Positions 17,556 through 28,299 of a stretch of 42,946 nucleotides of DNA are shown here, piece after piece. The first letter of the stretch is position 1; each line of letters begins with the position of its first letter. Source of the stretch: a virus. The notes below the pieces were generated by a model that was not told the DNA's origin, searched no databases, and saw nothing but the letters and a program-made list of their open reading frames with translations. Made by a program: the position numbers and the translations under genes. The DNA lies in UHGV virus genome UHGV-1445076; one strand, written 5' to 3'.

Positions 17556-19178
17556 ATGTCAGACAGTCAAAGTAACATAAAGGACATTACTTGGAAACCG
17601 AATTCTCCATTCCAGCATATGTTCGCCAGCACCAATGTAGACGTGGTGTTCGGCGGCGGTGCAGCGGGTGGCGGCAAGTCGCTGGGCTTGCTTCTTGCCT
17701 TTGCCGAGCCACTGATGACCGACCCTGATTTCCGATGCCTGATAAGCCGCCGAAGCCTTGGCAACCAAAAGGCGGGCGGCGGTTTCGTGGAGAAATTCAA
17801 GCAAGTGTTCGGTACTGACTATATAAAGGTACGCGAGTCGGACAGCCCGCGCATCAGCTTCCCCATCGGCACGTTCTGCGATTTGACGTACATCGACGAC
17901 TCCAATATGGATAAGTTGCGAGAGCGTGCAAAAGGATGGGAGTATGACGCGATAGCCATAGACGAGTTGACCGAGATGTCATGGGAGGCGTTCACATACG
18001 TGATGACCCGTAACCGTGGGCAGAGCAAGACGTTTACCGGGAAATTCTTTGCCACGTTCAACCCGAAGCGCAGCCATTGGTCAAGAACATTCCTTGACTG
18101 GTATGTAGGATTAGATGGCTATGTAAATCCCGAACGTGACGGTGTTGTAAGATATTTTTACATAAACGGGGCTACGGTTAAGGATGTCGTCTGGGGTGAC
18201 ACGAAAGAGGAAGTCTATCGGAAATGCCGCATAGACATAGAAAACAAATTAAAAAGGTTAGACGGCAATTTTTCTTATGAACACCTGATAAAATCGTTCG
18301 TGTTCTATCAGGGCATGGTGTCACAAAATAAAGACTTGATGGAACGCAACCCCGGCTATATAGGCAGCGTTGCCGCTTCAGGTGGCAATATGGCACTGTC
18401 AATGCTTGGGAACTTCAACGCTGACCCCGACGAGGACGTAGACATACCGATACCAAGCGACAAGGCAAGAGACTGTTTTATGGCAGACCCTGCCGTTAAC
18501 GGAGACCGGTGGGTAACTGTGGACTTGGCTGATTATGGTACAGACAACATGGTGGCATTGGCATGGAACGGTTTCCATGTCACCGACATACTAATAGTAA
18601 GCCACACAACTCCTAAAGAGAACGCGCAAAGAGTAAAAATTTTCGCGGATAAAAACGAGACTCCGGATAGCCACATAATATTTGACGGCACCGCAGGACG
18701 GTATTTCAATGACTACATACCGGACGCAATAGCTTACCTCTCATCAACAAAGCCAATGGGGTTATACTACCTGACGGCAGCGACGATGAAAGACCTGTGT
18801 TATCTCCGCCTTGTAAACATGATAAACAGAGGGCAAATCACTTTTGCAGATAACGTAGCGCAATCCACATACACACATCAGAACCTGAAGTTCAGAGTTA
18901 CAGTAGAGAATGAGTTTCAGGATGAGTGCGCTGTCGTAAGATTTATCGACATGACTTCAGGAAAGAAAAGACTTATGAACAAGAAACAGATGAACTTACG
19001 GCTTGGGTACGGACGTTCAATGGACTTGTTGGACCCCTGTGCTATAAGGATGTATCCATGTGTAAATCTCGAATACGGGACAGAGATAGAAGAAGGTTTC
19101 TCGAGAGGGAGGGATGAAGAAGTTGAGAGTAAAACATACGTCAGACGTAGCATATATGACTCCACATTGTGGAGTTAA
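17556..19178 (+). CDS. terL: terminase large subunit
   Basis: Walker A VVFGGGAAGGGKS near the N-terminus, Walker B-like AIAIDELTE, size 540 aa, first gene of the rightward operon. Confidence 0.85.
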   Translation: MSDSQSNIKDITWKPNSPFQHMFASTNVDVVFGGGAAGGGKSLGLLLAFAEPLMTDPDFRCLISRRSLGNQKAGGGFVEKFKQVFGTDYIKVRESDSPRISFPIGTFCDLTYIDDSNMDKLRERAKGWEYDAIAIDELTEMSWEAFTYVMTRNRGQSKTFTGKFFATFNPKRSHWSRTFLDWYVGLDGYVNPERDGVVRYFYINGATVKDVVWGDTKEEVYRKCRIDIENKLKRLDGNFSYEHLIKSFVFYQGMVSQNKDLMERNPGYIGSVAASGGNMALSMLGNFNADPDEDVDIPIPSDKARDCFMADPAVNGDRWVTVDLADYGTDNMVALAWNGFHVTDILIVSHTTPKENAQRVKIFADKNETPDSHIIFDGTAGRYFNDYIPDAIAYLSSTKPMGLYYLTAATMKDLCYLRLVNMINRGQITFADNVAQSTYTHQNLKFRVTVENEFQDECAVVRFIDMTSGKKRLMNKKQMNLRLGYGRSMDLLDPCAIRMYPCVNLEYGTEIEEGFSRGRDEEVESKTYVRRSIYDSTLWS

Positions 19179-19193
19179 AATATACAAAACTTC

Positions 19194-19718
19194 ATGATAA
19201 AGAAAGACGACATAAAGGTTATACTCAAAAGCGCACGGCAGGAGTGGGCTACAGTGAGTGATAAAGACATAGCCTTTGCTGTGCTGTGCGATACGTTCGC
19301 CGATAAATCTGTGGCGTACAAAATGGCGTACGGCAGGACTGCAACGGATGCTGAAGCACACTATCGTGCTCCGAGGATGATAAAATTACGGGATTTGCTT
19401 GAACCTTTCGGCATAGGCTCGGTAAACGAAGAACTTATAACACGTGAGCAGAACAAGACGGAACTTATACGTTTGCTGAAAGAGATAAAGGCTCTTGCGG
19501 AGAGTAAGAAGATTGACGCAAAGGACGCTGTGAAAATGGAGGCAGACATCCGCGTTAAACTAAACGATAAGTTTGAGATGGAAGCCAGCCAGACGCAAAA
19601 ACGCATAATAATCGTGCCCCAAAAGCACGACATGATATGTCCACACACAAACAAAGAGTGTACCTACATGCCGACAAAAGAAGCATGCTTGAAGTATTAC
19701 GGACTTAAAGACGAATGA
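19194..19718 (+). CDS. hypothetical protein (174 aa); weak resemblance to small-terminase-like DNA-binding proteins
   Basis: ATG ORF between terminase and the putative portal; no diagnostic motif. Confidence 0.3.
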   Translation: MIKKDDIKVILKSARQEWATVSDKDIAFAVLCDTFADKSVAYKMAYGRTATDAEAHYRAPRMIKLRDLLEPFGIGSVNEELITREQNKTELIRLLKEIKALAESKKIDAKDAVKMEADIRVKLNDKFEMEASQTQKRIIIVPQKHDMICPHTNKECTYMPTKEACLKYYGLKDE

Positions 19719-21211
19719 AACGCAGTATGAACAGAACACGTGAGGAGATTGTAGAATGGCTGTTGTCCCATCCGGAAGAAATGCTGATGAAGAAGCCGTT
19801 TACAAGAGGTAGCAGTACATATTCTGTGTACGACAACAACTGTGGGGCGGAAGAGAATGTGTCCGCCTTACGTCGGGCTGTGCTTCCAAACGTAATGAAG
19901 ACCATTGTCACACAGGACAAGTTCATGAAAGAACTTGACCCGGACAGCCATGAGGTACTTTTTGACGAAAATATGCCGTCAATTTGTGTCAAAGCCAATG
20001 ACGGAGCATTCTATGAAATAAAGTTCAAGCGTACCGCTCTTGCCTTTCAAGAAAGAATAAGACAAAAAAAGACACTTGCATTATGCGGCAATCCCAGAGT
20101 ATTTACATTGCATGACAGCAATCCTTCCGAAACATTGAAAAAAAACTTTGCTGACCTGAAATGGCATTGGACAGAGCGCAATCAGGACGGATTGGGGACA
20201 AAGGCTGTATACGGGCAGATGGGACTTGGCGACATCGGACTTCTGATGTATTTCAACTATAAAGGTGAAATCAGGGGGCGGATAATATCATACGAGGACG
20301 GATATATCATCATATCACACAACGACGACAACGGTGACCGGGTGATGGAATGTGTATATTATGCCGACGGTGACAACGTGCAGCACATAGACGCATACGA
20401 CGACACGAACCTGTACCGTCTGACGAACGTTGACGGTTGGCATATAGAGAGCCAAGAGGCTCACGGCTTCAGTGAGATACCGCTTATAACAAAGCGCGGT
20501 GATGTCGCATGGAACAACGTACAGAATCTGATAGAAACATTTGAGATTATTTACAACATCTTTACTGTAATAGAAAAGCGTCATGGATGGGGGATTTTAT
20601 ATCTCAAAGGGCGTTTTAAGGAAGACGCCCGTCAGATAGCAGGTTCAATTATGCTTCAAGACGCATCGATTGACGGCAAGGGAGACGCAAAGTTCCTCTC
20701 TCCACCTACAAATGAAGGAATGCTTAATGCGATGCAAGACCTTCTTGACAAGATTCAGATAGGAGCATCCGTAACATTCATCCTTCCCAAGGATGTTAAG
20801 TCAAGCGGGGACATCTCCGGTCTGGCAATGCAAATAACACGTTCTTTCGATATAGAAGGTGCGGCTCAAAACGTAATAGAATGGCAGAATTTTGCGGATA
20901 AACATGCGAGACTTTTCAAGGAAGGATTGGCTAAAGAACTTGTAAATAAAGGTGAGAATCCGAATGCGGTAACAGAATTTGCCAGAATGAAAATATCCTG
21001 CAAGTTTAAAATGTGGCAGCCGTTCGATGAGAATACTTATAACCAGATGCTTTGCACTCTGAAAAGAGCCGGTATCATTTCCACTAAGACGGGAATTGAG
21101 AAAAATACCGTTTCCACTCCTGATGAGGAAATGAGATTGGCTGAAGAGTCAAAACGGAACAAGACTACGGATGGCACAAACAAAAATGCACCTATAAACA
21201 ATGTAGCCTGA
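19715..21211 (+). CDS. putative portal protein (498 aa)
   Basis: Size and position directly downstream of the terminase region, coupled by a 4-nt overlap; no motif-level confirmation. Confidence 0.4.
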   Translation: MKRSMNRTREEIVEWLLSHPEEMLMKKPFTRGSSTYSVYDNNCGAEENVSALRRAVLPNVMKTIVTQDKFMKELDPDSHEVLFDENMPSICVKANDGAFYEIKFKRTALAFQERIRQKKTLALCGNPRVFTLHDSNPSETLKKNFADLKWHWTERNQDGLGTKAVYGQMGLGDIGLLMYFNYKGEIRGRIISYEDGYIIISHNDDNGDRVMECVYYADGDNVQHIDAYDDTNLYRLTNVDGWHIESQEAHGFSEIPLITKRGDVAWNNVQNLIETFEIIYNIFTVIEKRHGWGILYLKGRFKEDARQIAGSIMLQDASIDGKGDAKFLSPPTNEGMLNAMQDLLDKIQIGASVTFILPKDVKSSGDISGLAMQITRSFDIEGAAQNVIEWQNFADKHARLFKEGLAKELVNKGENPNAVTEFARMKISCKFKMWQPFDENTYNQMLCTLKRAGIISTKTGIEKNTVSTPDEEMRLAEESKRNKTTDGTNKNAPINNVA

Positions 21212-23733
21212 TGGAGAAGAAGAGCTTATACATAATGCGTGACACAAACGGAGTGAAAGAATATTTTCCTTCGTCTACAGAAAAAGCGGTCATAGGTACA
21301 TACACCTATGACGCACAACGCATGGACGGCGCACCGACCTTCACGGCTACATTGAAATTCCCAAGATGTCTTGACAATGAATGGACATTAAACGAGTATA
21401 TAGAATTTGGCGGAGAGAAGTATTATATAAGGCAAAAGCCGTCATCATCCAAAGACAATTCTGAGATAACATACAAACATGAGGTCACATTTGTAAGTGA
21501 AAGGGAGATACTTGAAAACGTGTATTTCCTTGATGTGGTGACAGAAGATACTGAAGCCCAATATAAAGACCGATACAGAAGCAACACATCTAAAGTACAT
21601 TTCTTCGGTGATGTACACGAGTTTATTGCCCGGCTCAACGATTCATTGATTTACAGCGGTCTATATAATAAAGACACACAAGAAGGTTTCCATATTGTCA
21701 TTGACGAAGGCATAACTTCTGAGGGCAAAGATGTCAGTATAGAAGACAAGTTCATTGCAGAGGCTCTACAGGATATATATAATGTATATGGACTCGCCTA
21801 TTATTGGACAGGGAAGACCTGCCACGTAGGATATACAGAGAATGTAATAACAACTCCGATAGAATATGGTAATGACAATGCTCTGTTGTCTATTCAGAAA
21901 ACAAATGCCAATTACAGGATTATCACGAGGATAACCGGTACTGGAGGCACAAAAAATTTGCCATGGTACTATCCAAACATGAGTGCGGAGGGCAACGCGA
22001 GTTTCGACACAGAGAACATTGACAAATCTGAAGTAGCAGATATCTCCTTAAATGAGATACTAAAATACAACAGTTCCCCATATACCGCATATAGACTTAA
22101 AAAGGTGTCAAACACGGATGCCAGCGCAGACATCGGGCAGACTGCTCCTTTTTATAATGCATATAGCCCCACAGTAATAAGCAACAGGGAGGCTACAGAC
22201 ATATTCTATTTTGGAACAGGTATAGGCAACACCTATATCACGATATCTTTCAGACTGAAAATAAATGCACAAGAGGGAGACAAACTTCGGTTTGTTTTCA
22301 ATGAATCCTTTTTGACTTTCAGAAAAATCAGCGGTGACGCAGATTTATCACTTTCATGGCAGAAAGTATCGTCAAATAGCTACGGAGGGGACAGAAACCT
22401 TAAAAATACAATAAGTATTGGAATATGGAGAGACGACTATAATCCGAATGAGGATGATTCTATAAGTGATAAAATAGAAATATTGTCAGGTTGGAAGGAC
22501 TATGAATATACCTTCCATGCCAGCGGATGGTTTCAAGTTGTGATTAAAGGGACTGCTTACGCCATTTTCTCAGGAAGCGGAGCGACCAACAGCCAGGCGA
22601 CTATAGGAATGACGTTAAATGCAAAATCATCCATAACATATCAGAAAAGTGGCGGAGAACTGTATTATTTCTCATATGGAGATGGGAATAACATCGCATA
22701 CAGTAAAAGCGGAATAACGCTGTCTGATGTAAACAATGTTCCGTATGCGCCTTCGCATTTGGATTTCTCAGGCGGTGAATGGAATGTTGTGGAGGACAGC
22801 GGTGACCACACACCAGCCATAATTAATATTACAGGAAGAGAGTGGATAACTCCCTCTCAGAGCCTGATGCCCTCTATATACAGAGAAAGTGGAGGAGCGG
22901 AACGCTACTATAATGCAGTCAATAATACATATGAAGATGAATCAGGAAATAAATATATATTTAATAATGTATACAATGAATTGAACCCTCACGAAGGGAC
23001 GACTTCATTTGAAGATATAGTCCCGACAATAAAAGGGATAAAAAACATTCAAGGTCAGTTGATAGGTGAAATAGCTGACATACGGTTTGATACGGATGAT
23101 AGCGATGTCCTTAAAGACAATAGTGACGAATACCTTCATTCATATTTCTATATAAAACTACATGTATATAACGGAAGTGGAGGCTTCAATATTTTTGAGC
23201 ATGCATTAGAAAGCGAAGAGGCTGCAATAGAGATGACAAGCGGCAACTGCGCCGCATGCCGTTTCGTTATCGGGGTGGACAAGTATGCCGATGGTGACAG
23301 ATACAAATTCTATAACCCTGTCATGACAGACGCACAAGGCAATCTTCGCAAGGTCAACAGTTCTAATGCGGACAAATATGAAGGAGACTATATCCTGCCT
23401 TCACGTGATACAAACAGTTACGTTTCACGCCAGCAGGACACCAGCGAATATGAAGTATGGATAGCCGTAAAAAAAGAAACAGATACCTTTGGTGTCATTA
23501 TGCCGAACGCGGCACAAGGATATCGTCCGTCAATAGGCGATACATTTGTCATAACTGGCATTTCTCTTCCTGAATCCTACATACGGGAAGCGGAAAAAAG
23601 ACTGGATGCGGCTCTTATTGCTTACATGAAAGGGAATAATGATGAGAAATTCACATATTCAATAAAATTTTCCCGTGTATATCTGGCATTAAATGAGGAC
23701 TTCACCTCATTGCTGAATGAAAATAAAATATAA
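21211..23733 (+). CDS. large virion protein of uncertain role (840 aa)
   Basis: 2.5-kb ATG ORF, beta-rich Thr/Ser/Asn/Tyr composition, between the putative portal and the fibre genes. Confidence 0.35.
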   Translation: MEKKSLYIMRDTNGVKEYFPSSTEKAVIGTYTYDAQRMDGAPTFTATLKFPRCLDNEWTLNEYIEFGGEKYYIRQKPSSSKDNSEITYKHEVTFVSEREILENVYFLDVVTEDTEAQYKDRYRSNTSKVHFFGDVHEFIARLNDSLIYSGLYNKDTQEGFHIVIDEGITSEGKDVSIEDKFIAEALQDIYNVYGLAYYWTGKTCHVGYTENVITTPIEYGNDNALLSIQKTNANYRIITRITGTGGTKNLPWYYPNMSAEGNASFDTENIDKSEVADISLNEILKYNSSPYTAYRLKKVSNTDASADIGQTAPFYNAYSPTVISNREATDIFYFGTGIGNTYITISFRLKINAQEGDKLRFVFNESFLTFRKISGDADLSLSWQKVSSNSYGGDRNLKNTISIGIWRDDYNPNEDDSISDKIEILSGWKDYEYTFHASGWFQVVIKGTAYAIFSGSGATNSQATIGMTLNAKSSITYQKSGGELYYFSYGDGNNIAYSKSGITLSDVNNVPYAPSHLDFSGGEWNVVEDSGDHTPAIINITGREWITPSQSLMPSIYRESGGAERYYNAVNNTYEDESGNKYIFNNVYNELNPHEGTTSFEDIVPTIKGIKNIQGQLIGEIADIRFDTDDSDVLKDNSDEYLHSYFYIKLHVYNGSGGFNIFEHALESEEAAIEMTSGNCAACRFVIGVDKYADGDRYKFYNPVMTDAQGNLRKVNSSNADKYEGDYILPSRDTNSYVSRQQDTSEYEVWIAVKKETDTFGVIMPNAAQGYRPSIGDTFVITGISLPESYIREAEKRLDAALIAYMKGNNDEKFTYSIKFSRVYLALNEDFTSLLNENKI

Positions 23734-26700
23734 TCAAGAAGAGCATCTTCTGTATGTCAGCAACTATACTTGTAAAGCCGATGATAGCATACTTTATGAA
23801 ATAAGTGTGGATTTAACAGACACCCTGACCGTGTCTCAATCCTCATTCAGAGCACAGCTCGATTCCATAAAAACAGAGATACTTACATCCCTGACTTATG
23901 GCATGCGTGGTGACATTTTAGCACAATGCGCGAAGTATTTTCTGCGGAAAGACAGTCCGGACACAGCCTTGGATATTATAACATTCCTCAAAGGGCTGCT
24001 TGTGGGAGACGGAGACTACGGCATAGATGCGGACGGTACCGCACGGCTGAAGAAACTTCTTGCCGACGAAGCCACAATGAAAACGCTGACCGTGACAGGA
24101 AGGGCACATTTCTTCGAGCTTGTCATAGATGAGCTGAACAGCGTCGGAGGTCAACTGATACTGTCCGCTGCTAACTGCACGGTACGCTCTGTCGAAAGAA
24201 TAAGCGGAGCATGGCGTCTGTGGTGGCTGGCGGAGGACAGCGACGGCAGAGCCGTGCAGAACATGTGGAAGGTCGGAGACCAGGCTCTGGCAATGACATC
24301 CAATCTTGCCGAGGGGACATCATATGATGCAGGAAACAGACTATGGTGGAGACTTGTCACGGCAACAGGGAGCGGAACACGGAACATTGACGGTGAGGAC
24401 AGAAAGTGCCATTGGATTGAAGTGTCTGAAGCCACGTGCGCGGCTGACAGCCTTGAGCCTGCAGAGGGTGACAGCGTTTGTCTGTGCGGACACCGTGGTG
24501 ACGACACAGCGCGCAGCCATGCGATAATAATAGCCGCCCACTCCACTCCGGATACCGAGCTGGAGAGTCCGTCATTCGCGCAATACAACGGAATCACAAG
24601 TTTTTCTCTAAGCCAGTACCGCACGACATGGTTCGCGGCTAACGGCAATAAGATAAGAGGCGAGCTGGATGTGGACACTTCCGGTCTTGTCAGCTACACG
24701 CACCTTGCATGGGGAAACGGTCCGGACGACTGGACAAAGGACAAATCCCAGAGCACGGCAAAAGACTGGCTCATGCTCGGCATATGCACAGACCGCACGG
24801 AGAGCGACGTGGCTCTCGTCTACAGCGACTATGCATGGTCAAGGATTAAAGGTACTGACGGAAAGACCACATACTTCCATGTGAAATATTCTTCAAACGA
24901 GAACGGAAATCCCATGACAGAGACGCCCAACCTCTACATCGGCACATACGTTGACTTCACTGAGGCAGACAGCAACGACCCCTCGGACTACACGTGGTCA
25001 CGCTTCCAAGGATATGACGGGGAGCAGGGGATACCGGGGAAAAACGGTACGGACGGAAAGACAAGCTACCTTCACATCAAATATTCCGACGACGGGGGAA
25101 AGACGTTCACCGCCAGCAACGGTGAGACACCGGGTGCGTGGCTCGGGCAATGCGTAGACTTCAACTCATATGACCCGACAAGCGTTACCTCATATAAGTG
25201 GACACGGATACGCGGTGAGGACGGAGCGGACGGAAGTGACGGTGAACCCGGCACGGACGGGCAGGACGGATTCTCGTGGGCACTTGACCCTGCCGCCATA
25301 ACATTGGAGGCTGACAGTGACGGTGTGGTGAGCATGCAGGATGCGACATCACGTCTGCGCGCATGGCTCGGCACGCGCGAGATGACTGTCACCATTACCG
25401 CCATAGAGCCAGTGCACTGTCTTGCGTCACGCAACGGGGCGCAGGTTACAATAACCGCAATAGGGACATATACGGCAGACTGGGGAGGTTCGGTGCCGTA
25501 CGGAGCGGGATGGGTGCAGATTACGGCACAGGCAACACTGGGAGGAGAGACCCGCAGTGTGAGCTGCCGCCTGTCCTTCACTGTATCGTCCATGGCACTC
25601 TCATCGCAGATTAAGGCTGAGACGGACAGCATAAGCCTTAAAGTCGGCTATCTTGGGGCAAAGGACGGAAACATGGTGACCACTCCTGACATATTCCTGA
25701 CAGGGAACGGGAACAAGACATACACAATCGGGGACATGTCAAGCCTGCGCGGAAAGACAATAACGGTATCATGCCTTGTCAAGACCGTATCCGCGGTTCC
25801 GGCGGCATCTGGCAACAGACGTATCGGCATGGAGCCCATGGTACGGTATGCCGACGGCAGCACGCAGTATCTCGGAACATGGAGGCAGATAACATCCACG
25901 GACACGTTCGAGGGACGCATAAGCTCCACACACAGGATACAGGATAAGGCTGTGGCGTCGGTAGAACAGTGTAACCTGTATATACAGGGCATATCATCAG
26001 GATACTCGTCCGTATCGCGTCCAAAGATAGAGACAGGTGCGGACGCGACAGACTGGGGACTCAGCGCGGAGGACAGGCTTAAAAGACCGAATCTTCTTCC
26101 AGGAACATCGGACTTCAGCCAATGCACCGTACAGGATACCGTAGAGGCAGGAGCATACACGACACCTTACGGAGAAAAAATAAGCGTGGCACACGGTGTG
26201 AACGAAGCCGGGACATCATACAAGGACGTCATCACATGGCGCAACGTGGTGCCCGAGCCGGGCGTACAGTATACGCTCTCATTCTGGGCGCGCGGCACAG
26301 GCAGCATCGGCTCGTACTTCTATCCGAACTGCACCGACTGGGTCACAAGTCCGGGGACGAAGAACCAGACAGGTGTGACAGACGGATTCGTACAGTTCAC
26401 GCTTGAAAGCGGATGGAACCGCTACCAGGTGACATGGAGCACACGCAACGATGTAAGCGGAGCGAAAAGTCTCATAGCGGCACGGCTCATGCCGGACAGT
26501 TCTGCACAGGGAGAGATCTGGATATGCGGAGTGAAGCTGGAGAAAGGCAGCGAGGCGACAGACTGGCGTTCGGAGACAATCACGCACGACGAGCTGCAGG
26601 CGACAGGAATAGACATTGAGCACAAGCGCATAAAGGTCACTGCCGACAACTTCGAGATACAGAACAACTCAGGCGAGACTGTCACCACTGTCGACGAGGC

Positions 26701-27499
26701 GGGCACCCTTACAGGTGTGATGCTCCGCACTATGGACGAAGGACAGGGGCATGTGGAGATAAAGGGAGGACTGATTGAGGTAAAGAACCCTAACGGTGTG
26801 ACCAACATCAAAATGGGATATAACGGCTCATACATGGTACTGTCATATTATGACAATGACGGTACGTTCCTTTATGACCTCGGACCGTGGGGACTGTCCG
26901 GCAAGGATGTCTCGGAAGAACGGTGGGAGACCAGCAGCAAATACGGACGCCTGCAGCTGACAGGGACCACATTCTCCACCGTAGGCGACATCGTTGGCAA
27001 CAAACAGATAATGAACACCATATTCCAATATGGTCATGTGTACACGAAAACACCTTTGTACATGTATCTTGCAGGGCGCGTAAACGACACATATCTCAGC
27101 GGTGACTACGCCTCCACTCCGGAGATTGCAAGAGCCGCGAACGGCAGATGGTTCATGGAGCAGGGTAATGTGACCACGGCACAGGCTGTCACAGGAATGT
27201 GGGCGCAGGACAATCCGGAATCGTTCATGATAGGCTCGCCTATGGACACACCGCCAATGGACTATACGCGATATGAAGATGACTATGCGGAAAAGGTGGA
27301 TTTCTCCAGACAATGGTGCTCGCGCAATGTGTACAGATTCTCGAACATCGGAATCGTACAACCGGGAAGCGGCACCGTATACTACGGCAGCATGATAACG
27401 ACAACAGCCGTATACATGAATTATGACAGGGTGCAGATGATACAGATTAATCGCATTGACGATGATGACACGGACACGAACGGAAACATATATTTATGA
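23717..27499 (+). CDS. putative tail fibre / receptor-binding protein with collagen-like repeats (1260 aa)
   Basis: Three ~57-aa tandem repeats each ending in Gly-X-Y triplets (GTDGKTTY, GKNGTDGKTSY, GEDGADGSDGEPGTDGQDG); markedly GC-rich compared with neighbours. Confidence 0.5.
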   Translation: MKIKYNQEEHLLYVSNYTCKADDSILYEISVDLTDTLTVSQSSFRAQLDSIKTEILTSLTYGMRGDILAQCAKYFLRKDSPDTALDIITFLKGLLVGDGDYGIDADGTARLKKLLADEATMKTLTVTGRAHFFELVIDELNSVGGQLILSAANCTVRSVERISGAWRLWWLAEDSDGRAVQNMWKVGDQALAMTSNLAEGTSYDAGNRLWWRLVTATGSGTRNIDGEDRKCHWIEVSEATCAADSLEPAEGDSVCLCGHRGDDTARSHAIIIAAHSTPDTELESPSFAQYNGITSFSLSQYRTTWFAANGNKIRGELDVDTSGLVSYTHLAWGNGPDDWTKDKSQSTAKDWLMLGICTDRTESDVALVYSDYAWSRIKGTDGKTTYFHVKYSSNENGNPMTETPNLYIGTYVDFTEADSNDPSDYTWSRFQGYDGEQGIPGKNGTDGKTSYLHIKYSDDGGKTFTASNGETPGAWLGQCVDFNSYDPTSVTSYKWTRIRGEDGADGSDGEPGTDGQDGFSWALDPAAITLEADSDGVVSMQDATSRLRAWLGTREMTVTITAIEPVHCLASRNGAQVTITAIGTYTADWGGSVPYGAGWVQITAQATLGGETRSVSCRLSFTVSSMALSSQIKAETDSISLKVGYLGAKDGNMVTTPDIFLTGNGNKTYTIGDMSSLRGKTITVSCLVKTVSAVPAASGNRRIGMEPMVRYADGSTQYLGTWRQITSTDTFEGRISSTHRIQDKAVASVEQCNLYIQGISSGYSSVSRPKIETGADATDWGLSAEDRLKRPNLLPGTSDFSQCTVQDTVEAGAYTTPYGEKISVAHGVNEAGTSYKDVITWRNVVPEPGVQYTLSFWARGTGSIGSYFYPNCTDWVTSPGTKNQTGVTDGFVQFTLESGWNRYQVTWSTRNDVSGAKSLIAARLMPDSSAQGEIWICGVKLEKGSEATDWRSETITHDELQATGIDIEHKRIKVTADNFEIQNNSGETVTTVDEAGTLTGVMLRTMDEGQGHVEIKGGLIEVKNPNGVTNIKMGYNGSYMVLSYYDNDGTFLYDLGPWGLSGKDVSEERWETSSKYGRLQLTGTTFSTVGDIVGNKQIMNTIFQYGHVYTKTPLYMYLAGRVNDTYLSGDYASTPEIARAANGRWFMEQGNVTTAQAVTGMWAQDNPESFMIGSPMDTPPMDYTRYEDDYAEKVDFSRQWCSRNVYRFSNIGIVQPGSGTVYYGSMITTTAVYMNYDRVQMIQINRIDDDDTDTNGNIYL
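24692..25280 (+). repeat. three ~57-aa tandem protein repeats with collagen-like Gly-X-Y runs
   Basis: Repeats begin SYTHLAWGNG.., TYFHVKYSSNENG.., SYLHIKYSDDGGK.. and each ends ..Y(T/K)W(S/T)R(F/I)(K/Q/R)G + (G-X-Y)n. Confidence 0.55.
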
Positions 27500-27521
27500 T
27501 AAAAAAACAGGAGGACAGTAT

Positions 27522-27629
27522 ATGACATTGACAACATTGAACTTTTCCAAGACCGGAGGCTTGTGGCATGCGGAATGGACACATGGCGGTGAGGGAATAT
27601 TACAGATAGACGGTGAGCCGGAACAGTAA
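27522..27629 (+). CDS. small ORF (35 aa)
   Basis: ATG at 27522 preceded by AGGAGG (27509-27514) at 7-nt spacing; below the size cut-off of the ORF track. Confidence 0.2.
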   Translation: MTLTTLNFSKTGGLWHAEWTHGGEGILQIDGEPEQ

Positions 27630-27645
27630 AGAAAGGAGACAGACC

Positions 27646-28299
27646 ATGAGACGTATAAGAATAGGAAACGACATCATTCTGCGCATAAGGCTTACACGCC
27701 GTGGCGGTGCAGAGAACCTCGAGGGAAAGAAAATAGGTCTTATGCTGCGCAACATTCTCGGCAGTGTGAGCCTTCTTGTAGTACAGTCAGGAGGGGAGCT
27801 GATAGCAGGATGGCAGGGCACACAGCAGCAGTGGACAGGTGCGTATACAGTGACACTCACAGAGGATTGGGGCGAGAACAACCGCAACACCGTGGATGAG
27901 GCATGCGCCTTCGAGCTTGTGTCAATAAGCAGCGACGAGGGTGTGGAGACCGGCACCGTGAACATCGAGCTTGACATGGACATCAGCGTGCCGGGCAACG
28001 GTCTGTCCGCCTATGAGATAGCCGTGCTGCACGGCTTTGAGGGCACAGAAGAAGAATGGCTGGAGAGTTTAAAGCCCGACACGAGTAATTTTGTGACAAC
28101 CGAACAAGTAGCGGAAGACTATCAGCCAAAGGGAGATTATGTTACAGAAGCACCTAAGGATGGGAAAAACTATGTACGGAAAGATGGAAGCTGGACTGAG
28201 TTTGCAGGAAGTGGAAAAGCTAATGCCTTTTTTTCGAATAATATCCTTAAATTTGAGAGCGGAGGAGCACAATTTAACAACAACATATTAATAATTTGA
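27646..28299 (+). CDS. tail fibre protein (217 aa)
   Basis: Track ORF starts at GTG 27613; ATG at 27646 preceded by AGGAG. Contains GLSAYEIAVLHGFEGTEEEWLESLK and QPKGDYVT...DGKNYVRKDGSWTE motifs typical of phage fibre proteins. Confidence 0.5.
   Translation: MRRIRIGNDIILRIRLTRRGGAENLEGKKIGLMLRNILGSVSLLVVQSGGELIAGWQGTQQQWTGAYTVTLTEDWGENNRNTVDEACAFELVSISSDEGVETGTVNIELDMDISVPGNGLSAYEIAVLHGFEGTEEEWLESLKPDTSNFVTTEQVAEDYQPKGDYVTEAPKDGKNYVRKDGSWTEFAGSGKANAFFSNNILKFESGGAQFNNNILII

Noticed and set aside
23717-23733. The 840-aa and 1260-aa genes being one frameshifted gene
   Set aside because: The downstream gene has its own ATG within a 17-nt overlap and no slippery sequence was seen; ordinary overlapping genes are the simpler reading.
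24151-27361. Long minus-strand and alternate-frame ORFs inside the 1260-aa gene (e.g. 24151..24678, 25072..25632, 26843..27361)
   Set aside because: High GC content suppresses stop codons in all frames; their translations are Arg/Pro/Cys/His-rich, as expected from out-of-frame reading, and they are fully nested within the long + strand gene.
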